Assembly: GCA_951406725.2 (NCBI GenBank)
Contig: OX597831.1
Location: 40,672,001 to 40,736,000 of the forward strand
Length of the DNA: 64,000 nucleotides
DNA from: Octopus vulgaris
Lineage: Eukaryota
Direction: 5' to 3'
The notes beneath the pieces are model-generated. The model saw only the letters and a list, made by a program, of their open reading frames with translations, had not been told where the DNA came from and made no database searches. Within the stretch, counting starts at the first letter, position 1, and each line of letters opens with the position of its first letter. The position numbers and the translations under genes are program-made. Shown here piece by piece: positions 26,242 to 40,377 of the stretch.

Positions 26242-26800
26242 AAACACCCTGATGCAGTACCAGGCAGTGGCTCTCGTGGTTTCTGATCTTAACTGATTGG
26301 AAGTGTTATCATGTACATTGTTTTGTCTTGGTATAAAAGATGGGCTACAGCAAATATTCTGCTCAATACCACAAATTTGCTTGTCAGTTGCTTGACCTTA
26401 ACCAGTTGACAATGTCCCTTAGTATCTGACGATATGTGCATGTCTGATCACGAGCAGAAGTAGAGGGGGAGCATCATAGCCATGTGTTGAAAGGGATTCT
26501 TTGGGGTTTGAATAATTCACCTCTGGAAACATGGGTGTTTCGTTCAACATCCTTAACCAACCCTTATTCAGGGACCTTTTGAGTGGGATGGGTTACTCAA
26601 CCAGGAGAAAATTTTAACTGGGCCCCACCTGCAAGATCATGCACTGTTTATCTTGATATGAGATCACCATGTCGCGCACATATGGTTGTGATGCATGTGC
26701 GTGGTGTAGCCTTATCAGACGGGTAGTCATGATGGGTATATTGGGCTTCGTATATTTTACCCCATTGTCACTTTGATGGCATGCACTGCTCTCTCACTCA
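26242..26800 (-). mobile_element. Unclassified retroposon of about 560 bp in an (AAT)n tract, longest copy
   Basis: (AAT)n on both sides; two truncated copies elsewhere share the same fixed end. Confidence 0.75.
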
Positions 26801-26817
26801 ATAATAATAACAATAAT

Positions 26818-26886
<69 letters not shown>

Positions 26887-26908
26887 TATAATAATAACAA
26901 TAATAATA

Positions 26909-26963
<55 letters not shown>

Positions 26964-27354
26964 GTTTGTTAACCTCTAAGGGTTTGCAAACAGATCGAGG
27001 ACGGTACAGGACAATACAATAACAACAACGACAACAACAATAGCAGTGATAGTTCCTCATGCATGATTAGAATCGTAATACGTCAGAGAAATATCAACAG
27101 TTGGAAGGAAGAACGGTAAAAATGGATTTCAAACGAATACAGGATTGTTTTAATACATCTGAGAGATCAGCAGAATTGGTCTTTGCGATTACAATTCCAA
27201 AAACCTGTGAAGTTCTGCTACAATTCTATGGTGAATCCTTTCATTTTACAAAGGAATATTAATGGGAAAAAATGCCGCCATAAGCCAACTATTTCCAACT
27301 CATTCCCTGCCTTCACATCGCTTATTATCTCAACCCCCACCTCTCTCTCTCCCC

Positions 27355-27395
<41 letters not shown>

Positions 27396-27745
27396 AATTA
27401 TTCTGTAATACATACACGTGTGTATTTCTTTCTTCCACTAGCAATCTGGATATATTTTTCAATCTGCCTTCATACTTTCTATATTTGTCTGTTTATATCT
27501 CTCTATCGTTAAATCTCTCTCTCTCCATCTCTTTCCCTTTCTCTCCCTCTCGCTCACATACACACACACATGAACTCTCTTTTTCTCTTAATTTCTCTAC
27601 AATATATGTGTGTATTGCTCTCCTTTCTCCCTCTTAAATCTTTATACATTTATTTGGTCTTCTGTTATACTTTCTGTATCTCCTCCTTCCCCTCTCTCCT
27701 CTCCTTCTCACTCTCTCTCCTTCACCCCTCCCTCTCTCCTTCCCT

Positions 27746-27802
<57 letters not shown>

Positions 27803-27803
27803 C

Positions 27804-27837
<34 letters not shown>

Positions 27838-27902
27838 GTCTGTCTATCTCCATCTATCTGACTATTTCTACTTCCTCTTATTCCTCTACCTTACATCTCA
27901 CA

Positions 27903-27956
<54 letters not shown>

Positions 27957-28159
27957 GAATAACGCTTATTTTGAATCGAATGAGAAAGCGGGAGAGAGAA
28001 GATATTCTTACGCACTTTAAGAGCTTAATCCAATTTTTAAAATAACACCGGGAGCAATATCCAGCTAAAACAACTAAAACAACAAGCAGAACAACACTGA
28101 CACCACCACCACCACCACCACCACAACCACCACCACCATTGCCGCCACCAACGATAATG

Positions 28160-28752
28160 ATTTCCTTTATTGGCCGCAAGGGCCCAAGACACTGTCAACT
28201 ACATCAAAAGACGAAATACAACGCGTAAAACGGTGAGGTTTGCATAGATCAAAAGGGGAGAAACAAGAACGAGCATATAACAAATGATACAAAAATAGAA
28301 GTGAAAAGCATAAATAAATAAAATCCATAAGAACATGGCCGTCAGCCTGGGGTAATTCGGGGAAAAAATTCCCGTCAAAAAAACGTCCATAATTATTCTC
28401 TAATCTCCAAGCATGGGAAGTTCCCATCTTCCAGTTTCTGTTTTCTTGCTCTGGAAAGCATACTCGGAGTAGATCCATTCAGTTTCACTAATCTTGCTGC
28501 TCTCATCCACCTTTCGATAAACACACTACAAGAAATAAATAGAATCCATAAAAACATTGGACCGTCAGCCTGGGGTAATTGAGGAGGGTGGAATTACCCC
28601 TCACAAAAAGTCCTTGATTATTCTGTAATCTCCATGGGCATGGGAAGTGCCATGTTCCAGTTTCTTTCTTCTTACCCTGAAAACCATACTCGGAGTAGAT
28701 CCATTCCGTTTCATCGATCCTGGTGTTCTCATCCACATTTCTTTAAACACAC
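28160..28752 (-). mobile_element. Tx1/L1-like LINE 3' end with internal tandem duplication
   Basis: SVFIERWMRAARLVKLN resembles SQFAERWMKMARMVRVN at 17.0 kb; units at about 28313-28527 and 28528-28752; tail CCCTTGCGGCCAATAAAGGAAAT. Confidence 0.65.
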
Positions 28753-28879
28753 TAAGATAAATAATTAGAGTCCACAAACACAGACACGCAAGTATATATA
28801 TATATATATATAAAAGGATATGAAGAAAATGCTGACAAAATAATTTAAGTAATTTAAGTAATTTAATTAGGTGAAAGTT

Positions 28880-28917
28880 CTTTTTACCGGTTGCGCATTT
28901 GTTATGCTTATCAAAAG
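28880..28917 (-). ncRNA. HHR-like motif, U3-A8 core
   Basis: ctt TTGATAA gcat aacaa atgc GCAA ccgg TA aaa; stem II perfect, ACCGGT palindrome, A13C lesion. Confidence 0.5.
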
Positions 28918-28948
28918 TTTTTTCCTCTTATCTGTTTTTTCCTCTTAT

Positions 28949-29024
<76 letters not shown>

Positions 29025-29124
29025 GAAATGAGGTACTCAGAAATTCGGATGCTTTTATATTTACAGATATTTATTTGCATATTACAATATTACATGTTTT
29101 TATACATCATATAACTTAGATCAT

Positions 29125-29165
29125 ATATTAGCGCTTTCTCCCATTCTAGTGGGGTTTTCAAATCG
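29125..29165 (-). ncRNA. Degenerate HHR-like motif, U3-A8 core
   Basis: gat TTGAAAA cccca ctagaa tggga GAAA gcgc TA at; weak stem I. Confidence 0.4.
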
Positions 29166-29711
29166 AACTAAGTTCCTGTGAAAAAGTTTTGACCATTTTA
29201 TAGTGTTATTGAGTGTGTAGTGGCGGGGAGGGACATAAGGCAGTACAATTTCTCCTAATATAAAATACCTGTACATCATCTCCAAACCTTCCAATATATA
29301 TATATATATATATATACGACGAGCCTCTTTCAGTTTCTTTCATACAAATCCACTTACGTGGGCCGTATATATACGAGGGAGTGCTGCAACGTTCCCGACT
29401 TTAAGGGTATCACGATAGGCCTGGTTAGAAACTGAACCTTCCGAGTTCTTTTACAGGGCTCACAAAACTGAAGGACCACTATAATAAACGTGTGCGTCTG
29501 AGAGGGGAATATGTTGGATAAGATCATACTTAACTGATCCTCCTGTATTTTCTTTAACCTAAAACAAATCGATATAGATATCGGCACAAATAGGACAGGA
29601 AGCGAGTTGTCTCCCCTGAATATGAAATTTAGGTGTTTTAACACTGAGTACTATGAGGTCGTCCCCAAAATACATACATTGAGAATTTGAGGTCAATAAT
29701 ATATACGTGTG

Positions 29712-29752
<41 letters not shown>

Positions 29753-29754
<2 letters not shown>

Positions 29755-30029
29755 TGTATAAAAGATCGTGGGTTAGGCCAAAACGGTGCGAACTAAATGC
29801 AAGATAAATCACAAGAAAGCAAATATGTATATATGAATACCTTCTATTCAATATTTCGGGACTATGACCCCATTTTCAAGAATTTGACGAATATTTCTTG
29901 AAAATGGGTCATAACCCCAAAATATTGAATACAAAGTAAGTCTATATCAATTCACATATTTGTTTTCTTGTGATTTGCCTTGCATTTACTTCGCATTGTT
30001 TTGGCCTTACCCACGATCTTTTATACAAT
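29753..30029. repeat. Imperfect inverted repeat (arms about 130 bp), each arm with a U3-A8 HHR-like motif
   Basis: Left arm (minus, 29846-29883) attc TTGAAAA t gggg tcatag tccc GAAA ta TT gaat; right arm 29895-29929 has G12A. Confidence 0.8.
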
Positions 30030-30077
30030 ATATTCTACACAATGCTCCACAGTAATCATTCAATATATATATATAGA

Positions 30078-30151
<74 letters not shown>

Positions 30152-30189
30152 CATACATACATACATACATACATACATACATACATACA

Positions 30190-30216
<27 letters not shown>

Positions 30217-30220
<4 letters not shown>

Positions 30221-30440
30221 TGGTTGAATAAACTTAAAACTTAGTCTGGTTTTCACGTGTGTTCTTATGGTATTTTAACAAAATTAGCGCTTTCATATAT
30301 AGTGTTCTCAGCAGATTTCAAATATGTTGAACACATTTGAAATCTAAAGAGTACACTGTAAATCAAAGCGCTAATTTTGTTAAAATACCATATTAAAAAT
30401 GTGTGAACCAGACTATATTTTACCTTTATTCAACTGATAT
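30217..30440. repeat. Imperfect inverted repeat (arms about 110 bp), each arm with a degenerate HHR-like motif
   Basis: aaat CTGCTGA..GAAA gcgc TA attt (minus, 30281-30318) and aaat CTAAAGA..AAA gcgc TA attt (plus, 30340-30377). Confidence 0.75.
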
Positions 30441-30595
30441 ATTATTCTATACACATTCCCACAAATTCGAAACAAAATATGTATGTATGTAAGTATCTAT
30501 GTACGTATGTATGTATGTATGTATGTATGTATGTATGTATGTATGTATGTATGGATGGATGGATGGATGGATGGATGGATGGATGCCTGTACTTA

Positions 30596-31465
30596 AACGT
30601 GGTCTGAATAATATGTATCTGGACTGTTACCACATTAACGAAGCTAAAGCACGCAGAGTGAAGCCACTTGGCACAGATTAATCTTGAATGCTGCAGTGCA
30701 TGCACATTAAATGTTAACGTTCTAACTCACTTCCACTTCTTACAGCAATGCTTGGAAGGAACATGGGTAGCGTGTGATCGTTGCATGGGACATGACAGAG
30801 AAAGTTGAGCAGAGAATCTACATCAAATTTTGCCAGAAGCTCGGTGATACCTGCTCAGAGGGCTACGCAAAGTTTTCAAAGGTTTTCATCGTTCTCGACA
30901 CAATCAAGGAGATCTTGCGCAACTGAAACCCGAGTGTCTTTTGGGGTCAGCTGGAAGCAGTTTTGGCACAAATTTGACAGACACGCGTCTCATACCCAAA
31001 TCTTCAGTGATAATGAACTGAACTGAGCCGTAACTAATCTGCACGTCATCTGATAACTCACAGATGGTGTTCGACGATTTACCCTCGCAGCTGCACGCAC
31101 ATCTGCGATGTTTTTCTCAGTTCTGCTTGTTGCAGGTCTCCCAGAACGTTCGTCAGTATCGACATTTTTCGGCCATCTTGGAAACGTCTGAAACGCTCGT
31201 GCACTTGTGTGCGTCTCATACACTCTTCTCCATTCACTTTCTGCAACACTACGTATGCCTTCGAACAGGTATCGCCATGACAACTATCTCTGTCATGGTC
31301 AATGCAACTATCACATTCTACACACCTTCCTTCCAAGCACTGCTGTAAACAACGGAAATGAGCCAGAACGTTAAAAATGAGCAGAGTTCATGGTCAATGT
31401 TTGCCAAGCGGCTTTGTTCTGTCTGCTTTAGCAACAGTCCGGATACTTATTGATCAGATCTCGTA
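30596..31465. mobile_element. Fold-back mariner derivative made of two 5' ends
   Basis: Plus MTEKVEQRIYIKFCQKLGDTCSE then an inverted HTH region; TIR CAACAGTCCGGATACTTATTGATCAGATCTCGTA. Confidence 0.85.
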
Positions 31466-31519
31466 TATCTGTATGCATATATGTCTCTCTCTCTCTCTCT
31501 CTCCCTCTCTCTCTCTCTC

Positions 31520-31730
31520 TCTTACTTATTTGTCATTTTACTGTGGCCATGCTGCAGCACCGCCTTTAGTCGAGCAAATCGACCCCAGGACTTATTCTTT
31601 GTAAGACTAGTACTTATTCTATCGGTCTCTTTTTGCCGAACCGCTAAGTTACGGGGACGTAAACACACCACTATCGGTTGTCAAGTGATGTTGGGGTGAC
31701 AAACACAGACACACAAACATATACACACAC

Positions 31731-31779
<49 letters not shown>

Positions 31780-31932
31780 ACGGCTTTTTTCAGTTTCCGT
31801 CTACCGAATCCACTCACAAGGCTTTGGTCGGCCCGAGGCTATAGTAGAAGACACTTACCCAAGGTGCCACGCAGTGGGACTGAACCCGGAACTATGAGGT
31901 TCGTAAGCAATCTAATTGCCACACAGCCACTC
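31520..31932 (-). mobile_element. SINE family A
   Basis: Colinear reverse match to 33126-33535. Confidence 0.85.
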
Positions 31933-32289
31933 TATGTATGTAAGTATGTATGTATGTATGTATGTATGTATGTATGTATGTATGTATGTATGTTCGTTTG
32001 TATGTATGTATGTATGTATGTATGTATGTATGTATGTATGTATGTATGTATGTATGTATGTATGTATGTATGTATGTATGTATGTATGTATGTATGTATG
32101 TATGTATGTATACAACGTCATAATGTGCTATGTAAGCAACACAGCTAACGCAATATATCAGAGCTGAATACAAAGTATATCACGTTAAATGAATTCTAAA
32201 ATTTCACATGTGAAATAATTTATATTCATATAAAAAGTTGCATATGCTGCAGAATTGACTCTAACTTATGAAGAGAACGAATTTCTCTC

Positions 32290-32362
<73 letters not shown>

Positions 32363-32460
32363 CTATCTCACTCTCACTCTCACTCACTCTCTCTCCTCCT
32401 CCTCTTTTATCTGTGTCTCGCGTGCTCTTATACATATGTGTATTCAGATGTGTGCGTATG

Positions 32461-32494
<34 letters not shown>

Positions 32495-32529
32495 TGTATA
32501 TATGCATGCATATATATGTGTGTGTTTGA

Positions 32530-32567
<38 letters not shown>

Positions 32568-32614
32568 TTATATATATACATATATATATATACATGCATA
32601 TATATATATACATG

Positions 32615-32652
<38 letters not shown>

Positions 32653-32654
32653 TT

Positions 32655-32703
<49 letters not shown>

Positions 32704-32707
32704 ATAC

Positions 32708-32775
<68 letters not shown>

Positions 32776-32780
<5 letters not shown>

Positions 32781-33112
32781 TATCCCATAAATAATGCGGT
32801 CTTTTTCAATTGCATGAACTAAAAGTCGGAGGGGGTCGGGATAAACTACCTGCATCAGCTTGCTAGGAAAGCAGGTTGTAATTTTACCTTGGCATATTGT
32901 TAAAGCACGTTTTGAAAAATGCAGTTCGATTTTAACAGTTATGTTTTCAAAGTTATAATGAAAGTATGAAAGTGATAAAGGACCATATTCGGCATGTTAG
33001 TCAACAACGCAAAAAACAAATGCGAGGAATATTAATGCAGTATATGGGAATCGGACAATAAGGATTAGCCAGTGTCAACGGTGGTTCCAGAAATTCTCAG
33101 CCGGAAACTACA
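32776..33112 (+). mobile_element. Mariner 5' fragment
   Basis: [10 protein letters not shown]...RNINAVYGNRTIRISQCQRWFQKFSAGNY, the mariner N-terminal HTH; starts after (TA)n. Confidence 0.7.
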
Positions 33113-33125
33113 CACTCACATATAT

Positions 33126-33535
33126 AGGCGCAGGACTGGTTGTGTGGTAAAAAAAAACTTGCTTTCAAATCACAGCGTTCCGGGTTCAATCACACCGTAT
33201 GACACCTTGGGCAAGTGTCTTCTACTATAGCTTCGGGCCGACCAAAGCCTTGTGAGTAGATTTAGTAGACGGAAACTGAAAGAAGCCAATCGTATATGTG
33301 CGCGCATGTGTGCGACCGCGCTCGCATGTGTGTATTTGTGCGTCTGTTTGTCCCCCCACCATCGCTTGACAACTAATGTTGGTGTGTTTACGTCCCAGTA
33401 ACTTAGCTGTTCGGGAAAGGAGACCGATATAATAAGCACTAGGCTTACAAAGAATAAGTCGATTTGTTCGACTAAAGGCTGTGCTCCATCATGGTCGCAA
33501 TCAAATGACTGAAACAAATAAAAGAATAAAAGAAT
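33126..33535 (+). mobile_element. SINE family A, full length
   Basis: tRNA-like head, CORE-like block, internal TG tract, TAAAAGAA tail. Confidence 0.9.
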
Positions 33536-33617
<82 letters not shown>

Positions 33618-33625
33618 TTCCTATA

Positions 33626-33927
33626 TGGAGGCGCAATGACCCAGTGGTTAGGGCAACGCACTCGCGGTCGTAGGATCGCGGTTTCGATTCCCAGACCGGG
33701 CGTTGTGAGTGTTTATTGAGCGAAAACACCTAAAGCTCCACGAGGCTCCGGCAGTGGGTGGTGGCGATCCCTGCTGTACTCTTTCGTCACAACTTTCTCT
33801 CACTCTTTCTTCTGTCGGCCTGCCCACTTAGCCAGCGGGGTGGCGTCATTTCAAGGCTAAACAATGCGAAGCGCATTGTGACCAGCGATGTGTAGCAACA
33901 TCTGAGAGCCTGGTCGGTCACGGTGAT
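33626..33927 (+). mobile_element. SINE family C (tail variant 3)
   Basis: Near identical to 40376-40662. Confidence 0.9.
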
Positions 33928-34039
33928 ATATGCTTCCTATATATTCGAATGTCAGGCAAGGGGAATTTAACCTCCCTGTTGTGCTTTATCTACCAATTCT
34001 AAGACCCTCAAAACGACTTCCCGACATGAAATCGAATAC

Positions 34040-34745
34040 CTTTGACAGCATCCCACTTTATTCCCCTGGTTCTAGTAGTTGCCACCTCGGCATCTCTGAG
34101 AAACTGCACATACTCCATCAGTCTGCGGTGTCCACAAAGAGGAAAAATGAGCTATGTTACTGTGAGCACCAGAAGCACGCATTCTTAATGAATTTCAAGC
34201 ATGTGATTTCTGATAACTCGGATGTGTAACGCTAGGCCTGCTTGACATCCTCACAATGGTAGGGCATAAAATCCCAGCTGCCCGGTAAGATTACAGCCTA
34301 TTCCTCTTGGTCAAGCATTCACACGATCAAGAAGATTGCCCCCGCATAATAACTACTATCGCTAATGTATGTTTGATGATCGACCGACTAAGATTAGCAT
34401 GTTGCTTATCCCTTTATCTGCGGTACCCAATCCAAGGAACAGATACATGTCAGTGAACAGACCACACCGAAACTTGCTGTCAAAGTGGCTAACACATCCT
34501 GTCGACATGCTGTCTACAACACGTGAACCTGAGAAAAAATAATAAAACATAAAATAACAAGTCTCGCTTCCATAGCATTACAACTACGTAACCTGAACTG
34601 ACCAATACTGGCGTAAATATATAGAAGACAGTTTGAAATTCTTTCAAACTCTCTACTTTTTTCTCAGAGCATCTGATGAGCCTGGTGTGTTCTGTGTGCC
34701 CACGAAACTTTGATAATGTATAGCTGCACCCAGCTGTTACTAAAC
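34040..34745 (+). mobile_element. Penelope-like 3' end: GIY-YIG C-terminal remnant plus 3' region
   Basis: YSPGSSSCHLGISEKLHILH...KRKNEL.YCEHQK..LMNF fits the Y..C.LC..EK..I...NKR.E...C.H pattern. Confidence 0.65.
34669..34719 (+). ncRNA. Type I HHR-like motif, canonical core
   Basis: gcat CTGATGA g..c GAAA ctttga TA atgt, downstream of the PLE remnant. Confidence 0.6.
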
Positions 34746-34792
34746 ACACACAGTCACAGACACACACAGACACAGACACACACACACACGTG

Positions 34793-34823
<31 letters not shown>

Positions 34824-34974
34824 TAAGTAGACAAATGAATTATCTTATTACGGATAATTCGAAAGATAACCGATACCTGGGTAGCAAAATCACAACAGAA
34901 GGGGCACATATGTCGAAAATAAAATAAAGGAATTTTGTTAAATCTTCGTTCAGCTCCATTCTTTCCTATACTTA

Positions 34975-35005
<31 letters not shown>

Positions 35006-35257
35006 TGTATGTATGTATGTATGTATGTATGTATGTGTGTTTGTATGTATGTATCGTTCACTGTTGATATTAACTCATACGAAATGTTCCTTGTTGAATT
35101 TAGTTAATTATAGCCATCGGCAAATCCGAAATCGGCGAATATGGTTATAACACTGCGTTTTGTACGAAAACGCAAACAAGAAGACTCTCTGAATGCTTCA
35201 GAAATGTGCGAGTGTTTGTGCGTGTGAGAGAAAAAGAGAGTGAGAGGGAGAGAGAGA

Positions 35258-35301
<44 letters not shown>

Positions 35302-35307
35302 TTTCAG

Positions 35308-35338
35308 TCAAGACGGTTGCAGATTGGATCCTTACATT
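35308..35338 (+). other. Candidate 31-nt micro-exon
   Basis: TATTTTCAG| and |GTAAGT around non-repetitive sequence; all three frames open. Confidence 0.35.
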
Positions 35339-35639
35339 GTAAGTTACGCAATCATTACAATCGTACAAAACGATTCGTAGTATATTCTGTCAATAGTAAA
35401 TCATTGTGTGTGTGTGAGTATGCGCCCGTGTGTTCATGCGTGCGTGTGTGTATGTATGCATGTGTGTGTGTGTGTGCGTGTGTGTGCGTGCGTGTGTATG
35501 CGTGCGTGTGTGTGCGTGCGTATGTGTGTGTGCGTGTGTGTGCGTGCGTATGTGTGCGTGCGTGTGTGTGCGTGCGCGCGTGTGTGTGTATGCATGTGTG
35601 CTGTACCCTTTCATTCATTCTCTCTTTTTCTCCCTCCCT

Positions 35640-35676
<37 letters not shown>

Positions 35677-36812
35677 TTCTCCTTAGCAAGCCTTCCTTAT
35701 CTATTCCACCATTATAAGCTCTACTCTACGCTTCAACAACAGCCCCACTGATTTCTTCTCCAATAAGACGACAACACTGTAAATCACAAAACCTTCCGTT
35801 TCCCAGAATGCAACTGCAAGTGAACCAAAGAACAGGCACTAATCTAACACAGCAAAAAAATAAAACTGACCACACACGATGAACTAAGGCTTATGGATCA
35901 ATACACCAATACAGATTGCGCTATAATAATCAGTGTGCAAAATCTATTGCGCAGGGATAAAAGTTTTGTCGTAAACAACTCTAGTCAGTTCTATACTGGA
36001 GCAGAAATTGCGTGGTAAGTTATATGATGAGGTTCTTTACATAAACAGATGTTGCATGGAAGTAATTCGATAGGAGACAACCCAGCTTTCATTTTTCCTT
36101 TGTGAGGATAGAACATAAATATTGAATTATTATACGAAATCGTATATGTACAGCAAAGTCTATGGTAAATTTTACGTGTATGATACTACATAGCAAAAAT
36201 AAATAGTATATGGAGAAATATGCGAAACAGTATGCTCAAAATATGGTACGTTTCAGGTGTATTATGTTATATAGCAGAAAAATGTGCATGGTAAAATATA
36301 CGAAACTATGGTATGCGCTATATTTAGTGCATGGTATCAGACTACCTTTATGCTCAAGGGAAGATTTCTGATCAATTATAGGGAACTTCGCTTATATGCA
36401 AGCGAAGGTATATAGTATGTTAGACGAAACTGCAGGATAAGCAAAAGGTAGATGCCTTAGTAAACATGGTAATTTAAGCGAAAGCTACTATATAAAAATG
36501 AACATGTATAAATTATAATAGCCACAGCTAAACTAGGCTCATCCCTGTACAAAGTTATTTCCACGCATGACTGCACTTCAAACAATAACTCAAATACCAC
36601 TTCAAGCCAAACAAAATCTTCCAACATTAACTTCTATCACATGTAACCTACAAACATTTTTTCCTCCTACCTCGCTGTATCTTTCTCCTTATACATCTGT
36701 TTTCCGAGACATACATATACCAAGCCAAATTATAATTTCATATAGCTCTATCTACCCAAGAGAAACCACTCAACAGAGACTATCTAAAGCCAAAACGAAC
36801 CAAAATGTAGCA

Positions 36813-36854
36813 CAGTCCGATGAAGGCGAGCAGGTTGAAACTTCGATATCACCG
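36813..36854 (+). ncRNA. Weak HHR-like motif (CCGATGA core)
   Basis: cagt CCGATGA a ggc gagcag gtt GAAA cttcgata TC accg; stems imperfect. Confidence 0.3.
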
Positions 36855-37902
36855 TCAACGCTTTTCTTGTAAAGTATAATATGCAAAACATTAGTAATTC
36901 TAAAGTTCAATGCTTCTATATATAATTGACATAGACACAAACTTTACTACACAAACACATATAAATGAGTGTGTATTTGTGTGTATACACACACACGCAT
37001 ACACAGAGATAGGACAGATACAGAGATAGATAGATATACGAAGAGATATCTATGCCAAGAAAAATAAATAAAAAGAGAATCGAGGTATGGATATGGATGA
37101 GAATGGTAATGTTACCTTCTCGAGTCACGCCGACTCATAAGAGGCTTTTCCCGGTCTCATGGCTTATAAATTCTCCACCTGGACGGGACGCCAGTCCATC
37201 GCAGGATTACTCCCTTTTGACAGCTGAGTGGACTGGAGCAAAACAAAATGAAGCGTTTTGCTCAAGAACACAACGCGTCGCCCAGTCCAGGAATCGAAAC
37301 CAAAATCTTGCGATTATGAGTCCACCACCCAAACCACTAATCCACGTGCATCTACTATTGACGTGTATGAAAAAAAGAAAATAGCTCAACCTCAATCAGA
37401 AAAGTTGGCCTTCAAGGATTATCTCGTGAAGAACAACTGTGTGGATTATAGTTCGAAGGACAAGGTGTGTGTGGGGGTCCGAATACAATGTGTGTGTGAC
37501 TTTGTGTCTGTACGCAGATATGTGTGTACTTGAGGTAATATGTTTCTTAATCATCTCACTGATTAGTGAAACGTTGTGCCATGTTTTTTGTTATAGAATT
37601 TTAGTGAAATCTACACTCTAATGATTGCCGCTAGGCTGAAGTTTTTCTTCTACCAAAGCGGAAAATTTCATTTGATTAACAATTTTTCGGCACCTCATTC
37701 AGTGCTTCACGTCTGCCTGATGTACACATACATGCATAGATACATTTATATATCCATCCATTCATCCATCCATCCATATATACATATATACATACATACA
37801 TATATACATAAATACATACGTTGCACGTATGTACGTATGTAAACAAACTATAAGCAAGCAAATACATTAATACAAATACAAACATAGTCATATACACTAA
37901 TA

Positions 37903-37947
<45 letters not shown>

Positions 37948-38847
37948 ACGTGCATATATATGTGAGTGTGTATGTGTATATATATGTATATATATATGCA
38001 TACATATATATATATATGTATATATATATGTATATATATATATATATGAATATGTATATATATATGTATATATATAGCGTATGTATATATAGAGTGAGAA
38101 AGAGAAAGTGTCGTCTATGTATATATGTGGATATATGTGTGTGTATATATGTATATGCATATATACATATATACACATACATATATATGCACATATATAC
38201 ATATACATACATACATACACACATATATATATTTATACATACACACATATGTACGTTCATTCATATATAAGTACAATCCAGATACATATACGCACAAATA
38301 TTCATACTCACATATATGCATAAACACACACACATACACACATACACAAGCATACACGCACACACACATACTTACAGACAGACAGACAGACAGACGGACG
38401 GACAGACAGACCTAAATCAATTGTGCACAGCAGTGGAAATATGTAGCCCAGCAGATATTAACAGATATTAACGATTAGTTAGAAAAGAAAGAAAATCTAT
38501 GTCACAAACTAATGAGAAATCTACTGTTACTGCATACGCAGTATAACATTAAATTTATAACTATAATCATCACGGTATTTCAATATGTAACAAACCACCT
38601 CACCGGCAATAAAAAAGAAATTACAAAGGACAAAACTAATTAGGAAAAGTTAGCTAAAAGCAATTAAAAGCACGGTGAAAATATATAAAATATTACAAAA
38701 GTTTGGCATCATGTTATATGCGTGTGTGTATGCGTGTGTGCGTGTGCGTGTGTGCGTGTGTGTGTGTGTGTGTGCGTGTGTATGCATGCATATCTAAATA
38801 ACTGTCTATCTCTAAATATAAGCATATATATATATATACATAAAATA

Positions 38848-38879
<32 letters not shown>

Positions 38880-38880
38880 C

Positions 38881-38927
<47 letters not shown>

Positions 38928-39006
38928 TCTCCTTCTTTCTATCTAACTGTCTGTTTATCAAAGCATATATATAAAATAATATGTGACAATTATTCAATAA
39001 TAGCCA

Positions 39007-39069
39007 AGATAAAACTCTGAGTTTCGGATGCCGAGGTGGAAATCCACAACACCATCTCTTCGGTTATCT
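39007..39069 (-). ncRNA. Type I HHR-like motif, U4C core
   Basis: agataa CCGAAGA gatg..catc c GAAA ctcagag TT ttatct; perfect 6-bp stem I. Confidence 0.65.
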
Positions 39070-39154
39070 GGCCATCTCTAGAATTTCCTCTATTTACATA
39101 ATATTGAGGTCTCTTTCTTTCTTTTGTTATCTTACCGTTTTTACCAATATATAT

Positions 39155-40240
<1,086 letters not shown>

Positions 40241-40273
40241 GTATGTGTATATATATGTATGTATATATATATG

Positions 40274-40304
<31 letters not shown>

Positions 40305-40334
40305 GTATATATATATATGTATATGTGTGTGTAA

Positions 40335-40375
<41 letters not shown>

Positions 40376-40377
<2 letters not shown>

